A program made the position numbers and the translations under genes. A DNA stretch of 63,863 bases, the filler included. It is 6 parts of 6 records of this genome, joined end to end, with 100 filler letters (N's around TTAATTAATTAA, not from the genome) between each part and the next. Parts side by side here need not be neighbours in the genome. Positions count along the whole stretch, not along the records: positions 1 to 24,080 come from DRR378314_1549; 5 more parts are not named here. One strand, 5' to 3'. How positions within the stretch are numbered: the first letter of the stretch is position 1; each line of letters starts with the position of its first letter. The notes under the pieces were generated by a model. The model saw only the letters and a program-made list of their open reading frames with translations. It did not search any database and was not told the origin of the DNA. Positions 11,102-20,933 of the stretch are shown here, in pieces.

Positions 11102-11680
11102 TCAGGCGCCGTGGATCTCACGGTTGCGTTGTTTGTCGCGATCGCCCTTGCGCACCATGACATAGACGGCCCCAGTGCCGCCATGGCGCTTCTGGGCGGA
11201 ATGAAATGCCAGCACATCGTCCAATTCCGGTAGCCATTTGGCCATGTAACTCTTGAGCTGAGCGATACCGTCGGGATTACGCTCTCCCTTGCCATGAAGA
11301 ATAATGACGGATCGAAGCCCATAGCGCACACAATCATTAATGAAGCCAAACACCTCGCGACGCGATTCTTCCACGGTCATCCGATGCAGATCCAGCCGCG
11401 CTTCGATTGGGTACTGGCCGAGGCGAAGCTTACGGAACACGCCGTGCTGAACACCTGGCCGTTGCCAGCAGAGGACATCGTGCGCAGTCAGGGGCTCGAC
11501 CATATCCGCCGTAAGCGGGTTTCGGTCCTTGAGCGGCTGATCCATGGCCGACCGCTGCCGCTCAAGATGCCCGGGCGTGAGATCCTTAGGGGCTTTAACA
11601 TCGGCTTTGTTGGGCTTCCGGATGCGGCGGACATCCTTCATCTCCTCCAGGAAGCTCAGGCGCTCGTCTTTGGTTGTCAT
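11102..11680 (-). CDS. smrA: Smr-domain endonuclease
   Basis: LDLHRMT, IILHGKG and HGGTGAVYV; likely start MTTKDER at 11680. Confidence 0.9.
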   Translation of the reverse strand: MTTKDERLSFLEEMKDVRRIRKPNKADVKAPKDLTPGHLERQRSAMDQPLKDRNPLTADMVEPLTAHDVLCWQRPGVQHGVFRKLRLGQYPIEARLDLHRMTVEESRREVFGFINDCVRYGLRSVIILHGKGERNPDGIAQLKSYMAKWLPELDDVLAFHSAQKRHGGTGAVYVMVRKGDRDKQRNREIHGA

Positions 11681-11868
11681 GGCGATATCATTTACGGTCG
11701 AAGTTGCATGGACTTTACCACCCGGGTCACACATCATAAAGACGGCGCCTCTAGCCAACTCATCGCAGGATGCCGGGGCCGGTCCGACCTCAGACAAACA
11801 TCGTAGGGCCCACAAACCAACAGTTGGTCTACACTTCAGGCTCATAATAACGATTACGGACCGCGATT

Positions 11869-13785
11869 ATGACTGCCGCACCGCAAGACAGTGCACGCCC
11901 CCAGAATACCCGCGCCATCATGGCATTTCTGCGTGAACATTCGCCTTTTTCAAACATGGACGATGCGCATCTGGCCCACTATGCCGAACACGCCTCGCTG
12001 AGGTTCTACGCAGATGGCGATGTGGTGCTGTCACCGGAAGATGGCCCGGTAAAGCGGTTCTACGTGGTCAAACAGGGCCGCATTCGCGGCGAACGGGCGC
12101 GGGACAAGGACGGAGAAACCGAAACCACGTTTGAAATCAGTCAGGGAGAATGCTTTCCATTAGCCGCGTTGATTGGCGAGCGCCCCACCCGCACCCTGCA
12201 TCGAGCCTCCGGAGATACGTTCTGCCTGAGCATTGAGCACGACACGTTTGTCATGCTGTTCTCGCAGAGTGACCCCTTTCGCGATTTCTGCCTTCGTGGC
12301 GTAAGCAGCCTGCTCGACCAGGTAAACCAGCGGATCCAGACCAGCGCCATGGCATCCATTGGTTCCAGTAATTCCCTGGATACCCCGCTGGAACGATACG
12401 CCATTCGTAATCCCATCGTATGCTCACCGGACCTTCCCGTACGCAAAGCCGTTGCGCGCATGCACGAAAACAGCGTCGGCAGCATCGTCATTACCGATGA
12501 CGAACGACATCCCACCGGTATATTCACCCTTCGGGACCTGCGCACCATGGTGGCTGAAGAAAAGGGCCCTCTGGATACGCCCATTGGCCAGGTTATGACC
12601 AAGAACCCCTGCTGCCTGACCGCCCACGCAGACGCCTTCGAGGCCGCCATGCTGATGGCAGAGCATCACTTCGCACACATCTGCGTGGTGGACGAAGAGC
12701 ACCGACTGATTGGTATGGTATCGGAGCGCGACCTGTTTTCCCTTCAGCGGGTCGATCTCGTCAACCTCGCCAGAACCATTGGCACGGCCAGCCATCTTCG
12801 CACCCTGGTCAGCCTCCGTAAGGATGTGTCCCGGCTGGTGGATGCCATGCTCGCCCACGGGGCCGATTCCGGCCAGGTGGTAAAAATCATCACCACGCTG
12901 AACGACGTCACGGTGCGGCGGGTACTGGAACTGAACATCAAGAAAAACGATCCGGGCATTCCCTTCACCTGGCTGACGTTTGGCAGCGAAGGCCGGCAGG
13001 AACAGACGCTTCTGACCGATCAGGATAACGGTATCCTTTTCCAGACACCGGAGGGAATGACCGAGGAACAAGTCAGGGAAAAACTGCTGCCCTTCGCGGA
13101 AACGGTCAATAACGAACTGGCGGAATGCGGTTTTACTCTCTGCAAGGGTAATATCATGGCCAGCAACCCCAAACTGTGCCTCAGCGGCAAGGAGTGGGAT
13201 GACTGGTTTGTCCGGTTCATCGACGCCTCTACCCCCCAGAACCTGGTTTACTCCTCGATCTTCCTTGACATGCGAGCGGTATTCGGGCCCATGGAACCGC
13301 TGGACGCATTACTGGACAAGGTTCTCACGCGGATACGCAAAAACGACCTGTTCCAGAAGATGCTTGCGGGCAACGCCATTACCCGAAAGCCCCCTCTGAC
13401 CATGTTCCGCAACTTCCGTTATGCCCCGGATGGTAAGAAGAACACACTGGACCTGAAGCGCCAGGGACTGGCTCCTTTCGTCGAGGCGGTCCGGGTGTTT
13501 GCCCTCGCCAACGGCGTCGGGGAAGCCAACACACTGGAGCGTATGCAGCAACTTGCCGGAAAAGGCGTCTTCGACACCAAGGATGCCAACGCCTGGCAGG
13601 AGGCCTACAGTCTGATCCAGGCGATCAGGATGAGGGCGCACCAGGAAATGCTGGACCGGGGCGAACCACTCACCAATTACATAAACCCGGACGACCTCAA
13701 CCCGTTGGACCGTCGAATTCTCCGCGAGTCTTTCCGCCAGGCACAGCGCCTGCAGCAGAAATTGGAAATCACCTACCAACTCTGA
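11869..13785 (+). CDS. cNMP-binding + CBS pair + DUF294 nucleotidyltransferase-like + DUF294_C protein
   Basis: N-terminal cNMP domain (FYVVKQG...GECF), two CBS repeats (GIFTLRDL, GMVSERDL), NTase motif FGSEGRQEQTLLTDQDNG, and C-terminal DLKRQG. Confidence 0.9.
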   Translation: MTAAPQDSARPQNTRAIMAFLREHSPFSNMDDAHLAHYAEHASLRFYADGDVVLSPEDGPVKRFYVVKQGRIRGERARDKDGETETTFEISQGECFPLAALIGERPTRTLHRASGDTFCLSIEHDTFVMLFSQSDPFRDFCLRGVSSLLDQVNQRIQTSAMASIGSSNSLDTPLERYAIRNPIVCSPDLPVRKAVARMHENSVGSIVITDDERHPTGIFTLRDLRTMVAEEKGPLDTPIGQVMTKNPCCLTAHADAFEAAMLMAEHHFAHICVVDEEHRLIGMVSERDLFSLQRVDLVNLARTIGTASHLRTLVSLRKDVSRLVDAMLAHGADSGQVVKIITTLNDVTVRRVLELNIKKNDPGIPFTWLTFGSEGRQEQTLLTDQDNGILFQTPEGMTEEQVREKLLPFAETVNNELAECGFTLCKGNIMASNPKLCLSGKEWDDWFVRFIDASTPQNLVYSSIFLDMRAVFGPMEPLDALLDKVLTRIRKNDLFQKMLAGNAITRKPPLTMFRNFRYAPDGKKNTLDLKRQGLAPFVEAVRVFALANGVGEANTLERMQQLAGKGVFDTKDANAWQEAYSLIQAIRMRAHQEMLDRGEPLTNYINPDDLNPLDRRILRESFRQAQRLQQKLEITYQL

Positions 13786-13802
13786 GAACCGGACCAACCG
13801 CT

Positions 13803-14513
13803 ATGCTGGATCAGATCAAAGATTGGCTCGAACGACGCAGGGCCGGCAGCACGGGCAGCCCCGACCGCGATCATCTGCCAACGCCGAAGACGGCTGGAGA
13901 CCAGCGCCTGTCGGACTGTCGCCTGATCGTACTGGATCTGGAAACCACAGGCCTCAATCCGGTAAAGGACAACGTCATTGCCATCGGCGCGGTGGCCATC
14001 AGGCAAAACGCCATAGACCTGGGCGACCAGTTTGATCTGATTCTACGGCGCCCAGAGCTGGACATCAGCGAGACAGTATTGATTCACGGCATCGGCCCGG
14101 AGGCTCTCACCCAGGGCCACGAGACCGAGGATGCGCTGCTCTACCTCCTGGAGTGGATGAATGGCGATCCCATCCTCGCCTATCATTCAGCGTTTGACCA
14201 AAAATTCCTTGAAAAGACCCTCAAACAGACATTGGGCTACACCCAACCCCACACGTGGCTTGATGTGGCCGAAATGCTGCCCGCCATTTTCCCCGACGCC
14301 AGAACCGGCGGAAAAGGACTCGACCACTGGGCAGACTTCTTCGGGTTGGAAGTCAGCGCCCGACACCACGCCGCCGCCGATGCCATGGTGACCGCCGAAC
14401 TGACTTTGGCTATCCTCAACAAGGCTCAAAAAAACGATTTGATGACACTGCGGGACTTCCATGGAAAGCTGAAATACTACCGGCAGCTGAAGAACATCCA
14501 CCGGCAGGGTTAG
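13803..14513 (+). CDS. DEDDh 3'-5' exonuclease (DnaQ/epsilon-like)
   Basis: VLDLETTG, YHSAFD and RHHAAADA motifs are intact. Confidence 0.92.
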   Translation: MLDQIKDWLERRRAGSTGSPDRDHLPTPKTAGDQRLSDCRLIVLDLETTGLNPVKDNVIAIGAVAIRQNAIDLGDQFDLILRRPELDISETVLIHGIGPEALTQGHETEDALLYLLEWMNGDPILAYHSAFDQKFLEKTLKQTLGYTQPHTWLDVAEMLPAIFPDARTGGKGLDHWADFFGLEVSARHHAAADAMVTAELTLAILNKAQKNDLMTLRDFHGKLKYYRQLKNIHRQG

Positions 14514-14721
14514 CGCCCCGGAACTGTGTCGCGTTTGTAGACGTTTTGGCCCTCAAATTACTGAGAATTAGACCTTTTGCCAATATCTATATATCGCTTG
14601 ACGGGTAAAGTCGATGAGGACAACACGTCGGAGAAGAACTATATGAATAATAATTTCTCTACAACCAACATTTCACAGAAAACCCACCCAACCTCCACAA
14701 CAACAAAACAGGAGTGATCCT

Positions 14722-14985
14722 ATGTCAGGTCATGACTACGATGCTGTGAACTACTGGAAGGCGAACCTACGCCTTATATTCGGGAGCCTGATTGTCTGGG
14801 CCCTCGTTTCCTATGGGTTTGCGATTCTGCTTCGCCCCATGCTCGCCGGAATCCCCATTGGCGGAACCGACCTCGGGTTCTGGTTCGCCCAACAGGGTTC
14901 GATCCTTACTTTCATCGCGCTGATTTTTCATTACGCCTGGCGTATGAACAAGCTCGATGAAAAATTCGGCGTGCATGAGGAGTAA
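14722..14985 (+). CDS. DUF4212 small membrane partner of solute:sodium symporter
   Basis: YWKANL...LGFWFAQQGS motif; AGGAG RBS; directly upstream of the symporter. Confidence 0.88.
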   Translation: MSGHDYDAVNYWKANLRLIFGSLIVWALVSYGFAILLRPMLAGIPIGGTDLGFWFAQQGSILTFIALIFHYAWRMNKLDEKFGVHEE

Positions 14986-14990
14986 ACTGA

Positions 14991-16757
14991 ATGAGTCAAT
15001 TTGCCATTAATTTACTGTTTGTGGGCGGTTCTTTCGCCCTCTATATCGGTATCGCAATCTGGGCTAGAGCCGGCAGTACAAGTGATTTTTACGTAGCCGG
15101 TGGCGGCGTTCACCCGATCACCAACGGTGCGGCGATCGGTGCTGACTGGATGTCTGCGGCATCCTTTATTTCCATGGCGGGCCTGATTGCCGCCGGTGGG
15201 TATGCAAACTCTACCTTCCTGATGGGCTGGACGGGCGGTTACGTCCTGCTGGCGATGCTTCTGGCACCTTACCTGCGCAAGTTCGGCAAGTTTACAGTGC
15301 CAGAGTTCATCGGTGATCGCTTCTACAGCAAGAATGCCCGCCTCGTGGCGGTTATCTGCCTGATCGTAGCGTCCGTAACCTACGTTATCGGTCAAATGGC
15401 CGGTGCCGGCGTTGCCTTTTCGCGCTTCCTGGAAGTTGATGCCACCACGGGCCTGATGATCGCTGCCGTCGTGGTCTTCGTATACGCTGTACTCGGTGGC
15501 ATGAAAGGCATTACCTACACACAGGTAGCTCAGTACTGCGTACTGATCATCGCATACACCATTCCTGCCGTGTTTATCTCTCTGCAGTTGACGGGCAATC
15601 CGCTGCCTCCGCTGGGTCTGTTTTCGACTCACGTGGATTCCGGCATGCCAATCCTGGACAAGCTGAATCAGGTCATCACGGATCTGGGCTTCAACGAGTA
15701 CACCGCTGATGTGGACAACAAACTGAACATGGTTCTGTTTACCCTGTCCCTGATGATCGGTACTGCGGGTCTGCCACACGTCATTATCCGGTTCTTCACA
15801 GTGCCGAAAGTGGCGGATGCACGCTGGTCCGCAGGCTGGGCCCTGGTTTTCATCGCCCTGCTCTACCTGACAGCTCCGGCCGTTGCGTCCATGGCTCGCT
15901 TGAACCTGATGACCACTATCTACCCTGAAGGTACCCAAGCGCAGCCCATCCAGTACGATGAGCGTCCGCAGTGGATCAAAGAATGGGAAGTTACTGGCCT
16001 GATTCAGTACGAGGACAAAAACGGAGACGGTCGTATCCAGCTGTACAACGACTCACCGGCGTTTGAAAGCACGGCTCAGTCTCGCGGCTGGGAAGGCAAC
16101 GAACTGGTCGTTAACCGGGATATCCTGGTACTGGCTAACCCGGAAATCGCCAACCTGCCAGGATGGGTCATCGGCCTGATTGCGGCCGGCGGTCTTGCTG
16201 CAGCATTGTCTACGGCGGCCGGTCTGTTGTTGGCGATATCGTCGGCAGTCAGTCACGACCTGATCAAGGGCTCGATCAATCCCAATATCACGGAAAAGGG
16301 TGAGTTGATGGCAGCCCGTATTTCCATGGCCGTTGCCATAGTGGTGGCCACCTATCTTGGCGCCAACCCTCCAGGGTTCGCGGCACAGGTGGTGGCATTG
16401 GCGTTCGGTATCGCAGCCGCTTCCCTGTTCCCTGCATTGATGATGGGTATCTTCTCCAAGCGGGTTAACAACGTCGGCGCAATCGCCGGTATGCTGACTG
16501 GTTTGGGCTTCACCCTCGCATACATCTTTGTGTACAAGGGCTGGCTGTTCATTCCTGGCACCAACAACCTGGCAGACACCCCGGAAAACTGGGTACTGGG
16601 TATTTCCCCGCTGTCTATCGGTGCGGTTGGTGCTGTCGTCAACTTTGCGGTAGCCTTCATTGTGTCCAACGCAACTGAAGAACCGCCCGTTGAGATTCAG
16701 GAACTGGTTGAAAGCGTCCGCTACCCACGTGGTGCGAGTCAGGCTCACGACCACTAA
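14991..16757 (+). CDS. Solute:sodium symporter, ActP/VC2705-like (probable acetate/monocarboxylate permease)
   Basis: ADWMSAASF, GGMKGITYTQVAQY, GTAGLPHVIIRFFTVP and AAALSTAAGLL. Confidence 0.92.
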   Translation: MSQFAINLLFVGGSFALYIGIAIWARAGSTSDFYVAGGGVHPITNGAAIGADWMSAASFISMAGLIAAGGYANSTFLMGWTGGYVLLAMLLAPYLRKFGKFTVPEFIGDRFYSKNARLVAVICLIVASVTYVIGQMAGAGVAFSRFLEVDATTGLMIAAVVVFVYAVLGGMKGITYTQVAQYCVLIIAYTIPAVFISLQLTGNPLPPLGLFSTHVDSGMPILDKLNQVITDLGFNEYTADVDNKLNMVLFTLSLMIGTAGLPHVIIRFFTVPKVADARWSAGWALVFIALLYLTAPAVASMARLNLMTTIYPEGTQAQPIQYDERPQWIKEWEVTGLIQYEDKNGDGRIQLYNDSPAFESTAQSRGWEGNELVVNRDILVLANPEIANLPGWVIGLIAAGGLAAALSTAAGLLLAISSAVSHDLIKGSINPNITEKGELMAARISMAVAIVVATYLGANPPGFAAQVVALAFGIAAASLFPALMMGIFSKRVNNVGAIAGMLTGLGFTLAYIFVYKGWLFIPGTNNLADTPENWVLGISPLSIGAVGAVVNFAVAFIVSNATEEPPVEIQELVESVRYPRGASQAHDH

Positions 16758-16803
16758 GCAACGAATCAGCCTGATTCATTCCATGAATTAGAAGGTTGAT
16801 ACC

Positions 16804-16840
16804 GAACGGGCTTCCTCACAGAGGGAGCCCGTTCTTTTTT
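16804..16840 (+). terminator. Rho-independent terminator
   Basis: 14-bp stem GAACGGGCTTCCTC / GAGGGAGCCCGTTC, 3-nt loop, then T6. Confidence 0.85.
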
Positions 16841-16855
16841 AAGGAAACCCGTTTT

Positions 16856-17362
16856 ATGTTCTGGACGTTTGTCGCTACCGTCGTTTGTGGCCTTGGTGCC
16901 GCCGGTGTTGCACTTGGGATTCGGGCTGTCACTCGAAACCTGGCACCGAAATGGATTATCCCTGTGTTTGCTGGCGCTGGCATGCTGGGGTATCTCATCT
17001 ATACCGAGTACACCTGGTTCGAACAGAAACAGTCCCTGATGCCCGAAGAGGCTGTGATCGTGGATACGGAAACCAATGGCATTATGTGGCGGCCATGGAC
17101 GTTCTTCTTTCCATACGTCAATGCGTTTTCCACCGTCGACACCAAAAGCATCAGCCAAGCGCCGTCGAACCCGGATGTTGTTCGATTCACTCTGTATCGC
17201 TTTGAGCAGAAAATGGTTGATGCAGTTTCCCATAGGGTTCATATACTCAATTGCAACGCCCGCGAACTCGTACCACTGGGTTCAGACGGCGTCCCGAGGC
17301 TTGATAACATGAAAAAGCTGGATCCGCAGGACAAACTATTGAAGACCGTTTGCGGCGAATGA
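16856..17362 (+). CDS. Hypothetical membrane-anchored protein
   Basis: ATG 16856; two N-terminal hydrophobic segments, then a soluble domain with a WRPWT motif. Confidence 0.75.
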   Translation: MFWTFVATVVCGLGAAGVALGIRAVTRNLAPKWIIPVFAGAGMLGYLIYTEYTWFEQKQSLMPEEAVIVDTETNGIMWRPWTFFFPYVNAFSTVDTKSISQAPSNPDVVRFTLYRFEQKMVDAVSHRVHILNCNARELVPLGSDGVPRLDNMKKLDPQDKLLKTVCGE

Positions 17363-17414
17363 CGATACCCACAACCGCCCCCGACAACCCCGGGTAGAAT
17401 GAAAAGAGCGAATT

Positions 17415-20400
17415 ATGATTAGTGCCTGGTTGCTGGTTTTAATATCCATCACCTACATTTCGATTCTTTTTATTATCGCCTGGGGCGGAGACAAGCATCC
17501 CGGGCTATACCGGCGGCGTTGGGCCAGAACCCATATTTACGCCCTATCCCTCGCCGTCTACTTTACGTCCTGGACCTTCTATGGCGCCGTAGGACGTGCA
17601 ACCCAAGAGGGCCTGGGCTACCTGCCGATCTACCTGGGTCCATTGCTGGTTTTCGTGTTCGGCGCGCCCCTGCTCCGCCGCATCATTTTTATCAGCAAAC
17701 GCAACAACAGCACCTCCATTGCCGACTTTATTGCCTCCCGCTATGGCAAGTCCCAGTCCCTTGCGGCCATGGTAGCGGCCTTCGCCCTTATCGGAAGCGT
17801 GCCCTACATCGCGCTCCAGCTCAAAGCCATCTCCATGGGTTTCAATGTGCTCTCCGATTCCGGTGCCTCGTACACCGAACTGAGCCCTGCTGCATGGAAC
17901 GATTCTGCCTGGTACATCACCTTGGTACTGGCTGTTTTCACGGTCCTGTTCGGTACCCGCCATCTCGAATCCACCGAGCATCACCGGGGTATGATCCAGG
18001 CAATTGCCTTTGAATCGCTCATAAAGATCGTCGCGTTCGTGGCGGTTGGGCTCTTTGTAGGCTGGGGACTTTACGGCGGATTCGGGGATCTATGGAGCAA
18101 CGTCCGCGACGCGGGGCTGGTTGGCACCCTGACCACCGACAGTATTGAGGCTCCGGCCTTTATTACCCAGACCCTGGTGGCCATGCTTGCCATTATCTGC
18201 CTACCCCGACAGTTCCATGTCATGGTGGTGGAAAACACCGACCACCGTGATTTCGAAACTGCCCGCTGGGCCATGCCCATCTACCTGATTATTGCCAGCG
18301 CCTTTGTGCTGCCGATAGCCGCCGCCGGCTTACTATCGCCGGAAGCCAGCGCGTCCGACCCGGACATCCTGATCCTGAACCTTCCAATCCTTGCCGGCGA
18401 GCAATGGCTCGCCATCCTGGCATTCCTGGGCGGTGGCTCCGCAGCGGCGGCGATGGTTATCGTCTGTTCCGTTGCCATAGCAACAATGGTCAGCAACGAG
18501 ATCATCATGCCGGCGCTGCTGAAATTCTTCAGACCACGCATGAACAAACGGTCGGACCTCAGCTACCTACTGCTCAGTATTCGGCGGGTCGCCATCTTCG
18601 TGGTGCTGCTCACTGCCTATGGGTTCTACCGCATGGCCGGTGCGGATTACAGTCTGACAGCCTTCGGGCTGCTATCATTCGCCGCCGCAGCCCAGTTCGG
18701 GCCGGCGCTGGTTGGAGGCATACTCTGGCGCAAGGGCAACCATACTGGTGCCGTGTGGGGCCTGGGTCTTGGCTTCCTGATGTGGTGCTATACCCTGCTG
18801 TTGCCCGCCCTGGCATCCACTGGCTGGTTGAGCGATACCTTCATCGACCACGGTGTCTGGGGCATCAACTGGACGAGGCCTACCGCGCTGTTCGGGTCCG
18901 AGCTCGACCAGACCAGCCACGGCATCATCTGGAGCCTGGGCATTAACACGATCACCTACATCGTGCTCTCCATGCTGACGCGGCAACGGGTGCGGGAAAA
19001 GATCCAGATCGCCTCCTTCTTCCACGATCCGCAACCAAGGGCTGAGACGCCACAGCAACAGAGCTGGCAGGGCGAGATCATGACGTCAGATCTGCAGGCC
19101 ATAGCGGACCGCTTCATGGGAGAAGAGCGGGCTGAAGCCATTTTCCGAAACTATGAACGGCGTAACGCCATTCGTCTGCACCCTCACAGACCGGCCTCCT
19201 CACACCTGATGAAGTTCATAGAGCGACAGCTGGCCTCTGTTATCGGCGCCTCCACCGCCCGTGTGGTCCTGGAATCCACGCTCACGGGGCGGGATATGCA
19301 GATCGAGGATGTCGTCAGCATCGTTGATGAAGCCTCGCAGGCCATGACGTTCAGCCGGGAGTTGCTGCAATCGGCGATTGAAAATATCAGCCTGGGTGTT
19401 TCCGTCGTCAATCACCAACAGCAGCTGGTGGTCTGGAACCACCGCTACCTGGAGCAATTCAGCTACCCGAAAGGCTTCGTCCGTGTCGGCCGGCCGGTGG
19501 AAGACCTGATGCGGTACAACCTGACCAGTGCCAACCTGCCAGCGAGGCGAATCGACGAGGTCATCGCCGATCGCTGTGCCAGCATGCGCGAAGGTCGGCC
19601 GATGTCCTATGAACGACAGCGCCCGGACGGCACCGTACTAAGAATTGATGGAAGCCCGATTCCGGGAGGTGGCTACGTAACCACCTTCCAGGACATAACA
19701 GCCATGCGGAGAACAGAACAGGCGCTGAAAGAAACCAATATTTACCTGGAGCAGCGCGTCAAAGAACGCACCCAGGAACTGCAGGTAATCAACGAGCAGA
19801 TGCTCAAGGCAAAATCTGTGGCTGAACAAGCCAATCAGAGTAAAACCCGTTTCCTGGCATCGGCCAGCCATGACCTCCTGCAACCGCTGAACGCCGCACG
19901 CCTGTTCACTTCGGCTCTGGCTGGCAAGGCGAGAGATCCAGAAATGACGGAGCTGGTGGATCACATTGACAGCTCCCTGGGCGCTGCCGAGGAAATCATC
20001 AGTACCCTGCTCGACATCTCCAAACTGGACGCCGGCGCGCTGGAACCGGACATCGGTGTATTTCCAGTCAATGAAATCATGCGACACCTGGCAACCGACT
20101 TCTCTGCCATCGCCAAGGATCAGGGGCTCGACCTTCATGTCGTGCCCAGCAGCGCCTGGGTTCGATCGGATTCGAAGCTCCTGCGTCGCGTTATCCAGAA
20201 CTTTCTTTCGAACGCCATTCGTTACACCCCAAGCGGGAAAATCCTCTTGGGGTGTCGACGGTTGAAGGGATACATCCGCATTGAAGTGTGGGACACCGGG
20301 CCCGGCATACCGGACGATCAACTCGCCCACATTTTCGAGGAATTCCGCCGCTTCCAGCAAGGCAGGGACAAAAAAGGCCTGGGTCTTGGACTGGCGATTG

Positions 20401-20933
20401 TCGACCGTATCTGCGGCATGCTGAATCACCCGGTCAATGTGCAGTCAGTACAAGGGCTGGGCAGCGTGTTCAGTATCACCGTACCGGTTGCGCCGGCAGA
20501 GCACAGCGAACTGAACGCTGCCAAGTCAGCACCCGCGTCGCGTCGCGTATCGAGTCTGGGCGGCCTTCACGTGCTCTGTATCGACAACGACCCTGCGATT
20601 CTCCACGGCATGAGTGCGCTTCTGGACAACTGGCAGTGTGACGTAACCACCGCCGAAAGTCTGGAGGATGCCCAGAACAAACTGAACGGCACGAAACCAG
20701 ACATCATACTGGCCGACTACCAGTTGGACGATAACCGAAACGGACTCGACGCCATGGATTCATTGAGGGAAGAGATCAGCAATGATATACCTGGCATACT
20801 CATTACCGGCTACATGGCCCCGGAGGTCAGGGAGGATGCGATCGGCAGGGGCTATCAGATCCTTTATAAACCAGTTAAGCCGGCTGCATTGCGAGCTCTG
20901 GTTAACAAGTTACTGAAACAGAAACGTTCATGA
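17415..20933 (+). CDS. Hybrid sensor kinase SLC5/SSS-STAC-PAS-HisKA-HATPase-REC (CrbS/MxtR/PrlS-like)
   Basis: SSS-like TM region (TSWTFYGAVG, PYIALQLKA, LPRQFH), PAS (LVVWN), H-box SHDLLQPL, DTGPGI, GLGLGL and a C-terminal REC (IDND...ADYQL...KP). Confidence 0.92.
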   Translation: MISAWLLVLISITYISILFIIAWGGDKHPGLYRRRWARTHIYALSLAVYFTSWTFYGAVGRATQEGLGYLPIYLGPLLVFVFGAPLLRRIIFISKRNNSTSIADFIASRYGKSQSLAAMVAAFALIGSVPYIALQLKAISMGFNVLSDSGASYTELSPAAWNDSAWYITLVLAVFTVLFGTRHLESTEHHRGMIQAIAFESLIKIVAFVAVGLFVGWGLYGGFGDLWSNVRDAGLVGTLTTDSIEAPAFITQTLVAMLAIICLPRQFHVMVVENTDHRDFETARWAMPIYLIIASAFVLPIAAAGLLSPEASASDPDILILNLPILAGEQWLAILAFLGGGSAAAAMVIVCSVAIATMVSNEIIMPALLKFFRPRMNKRSDLSYLLLSIRRVAIFVVLLTAYGFYRMAGADYSLTAFGLLSFAAAAQFGPALVGGILWRKGNHTGAVWGLGLGFLMWCYTLLLPALASTGWLSDTFIDHGVWGINWTRPTALFGSELDQTSHGIIWSLGINTITYIVLSMLTRQRVREKIQIASFFHDPQPRAETPQQQSWQGEIMTSDLQAIADRFMGEERAEAIFRNYERRNAIRLHPHRPASSHLMKFIERQLASVIGASTARVVLESTLTGRDMQIEDVVSIVDEASQAMTFSRELLQSAIENISLGVSVVNHQQQLVVWNHRYLEQFSYPKGFVRVGRPVEDLMRYNLTSANLPARRIDEVIADRCASMREGRPMSYERQRPDGTVLRIDGSPIPGGGYVTTFQDITAMRRTEQALKETNIYLEQRVKERTQELQVINEQMLKAKSVAEQANQSKTRFLASASHDLLQPLNAARLFTSALAGKARDPEMTELVDHIDSSLGAAEEIISTLLDISKLDAGALEPDIGVFPVNEIMRHLATDFSAIAKDQGLDLHVVPSSAWVRSDSKLLRRVIQNFLSNAIRYTPSGKILLGCRRLKGYIRIEVWDTGPGIPDDQLAHIFEEFRRFQQGRDKKGLGLGLAIVDRICGMLNHPVNVQSVQGLGSVFSITVPVAPAEHSELNAAKSAPASRRVSSLGGLHVLCIDNDPAILHGMSALLDNWQCDVTTAESLEDAQNKLNGTKPDIILADYQLDDNRNGLDAMDSLREEISNDIPGILITGYMAPEVREDAIGRGYQILYKPVKPAALRALVNKLLKQKRS

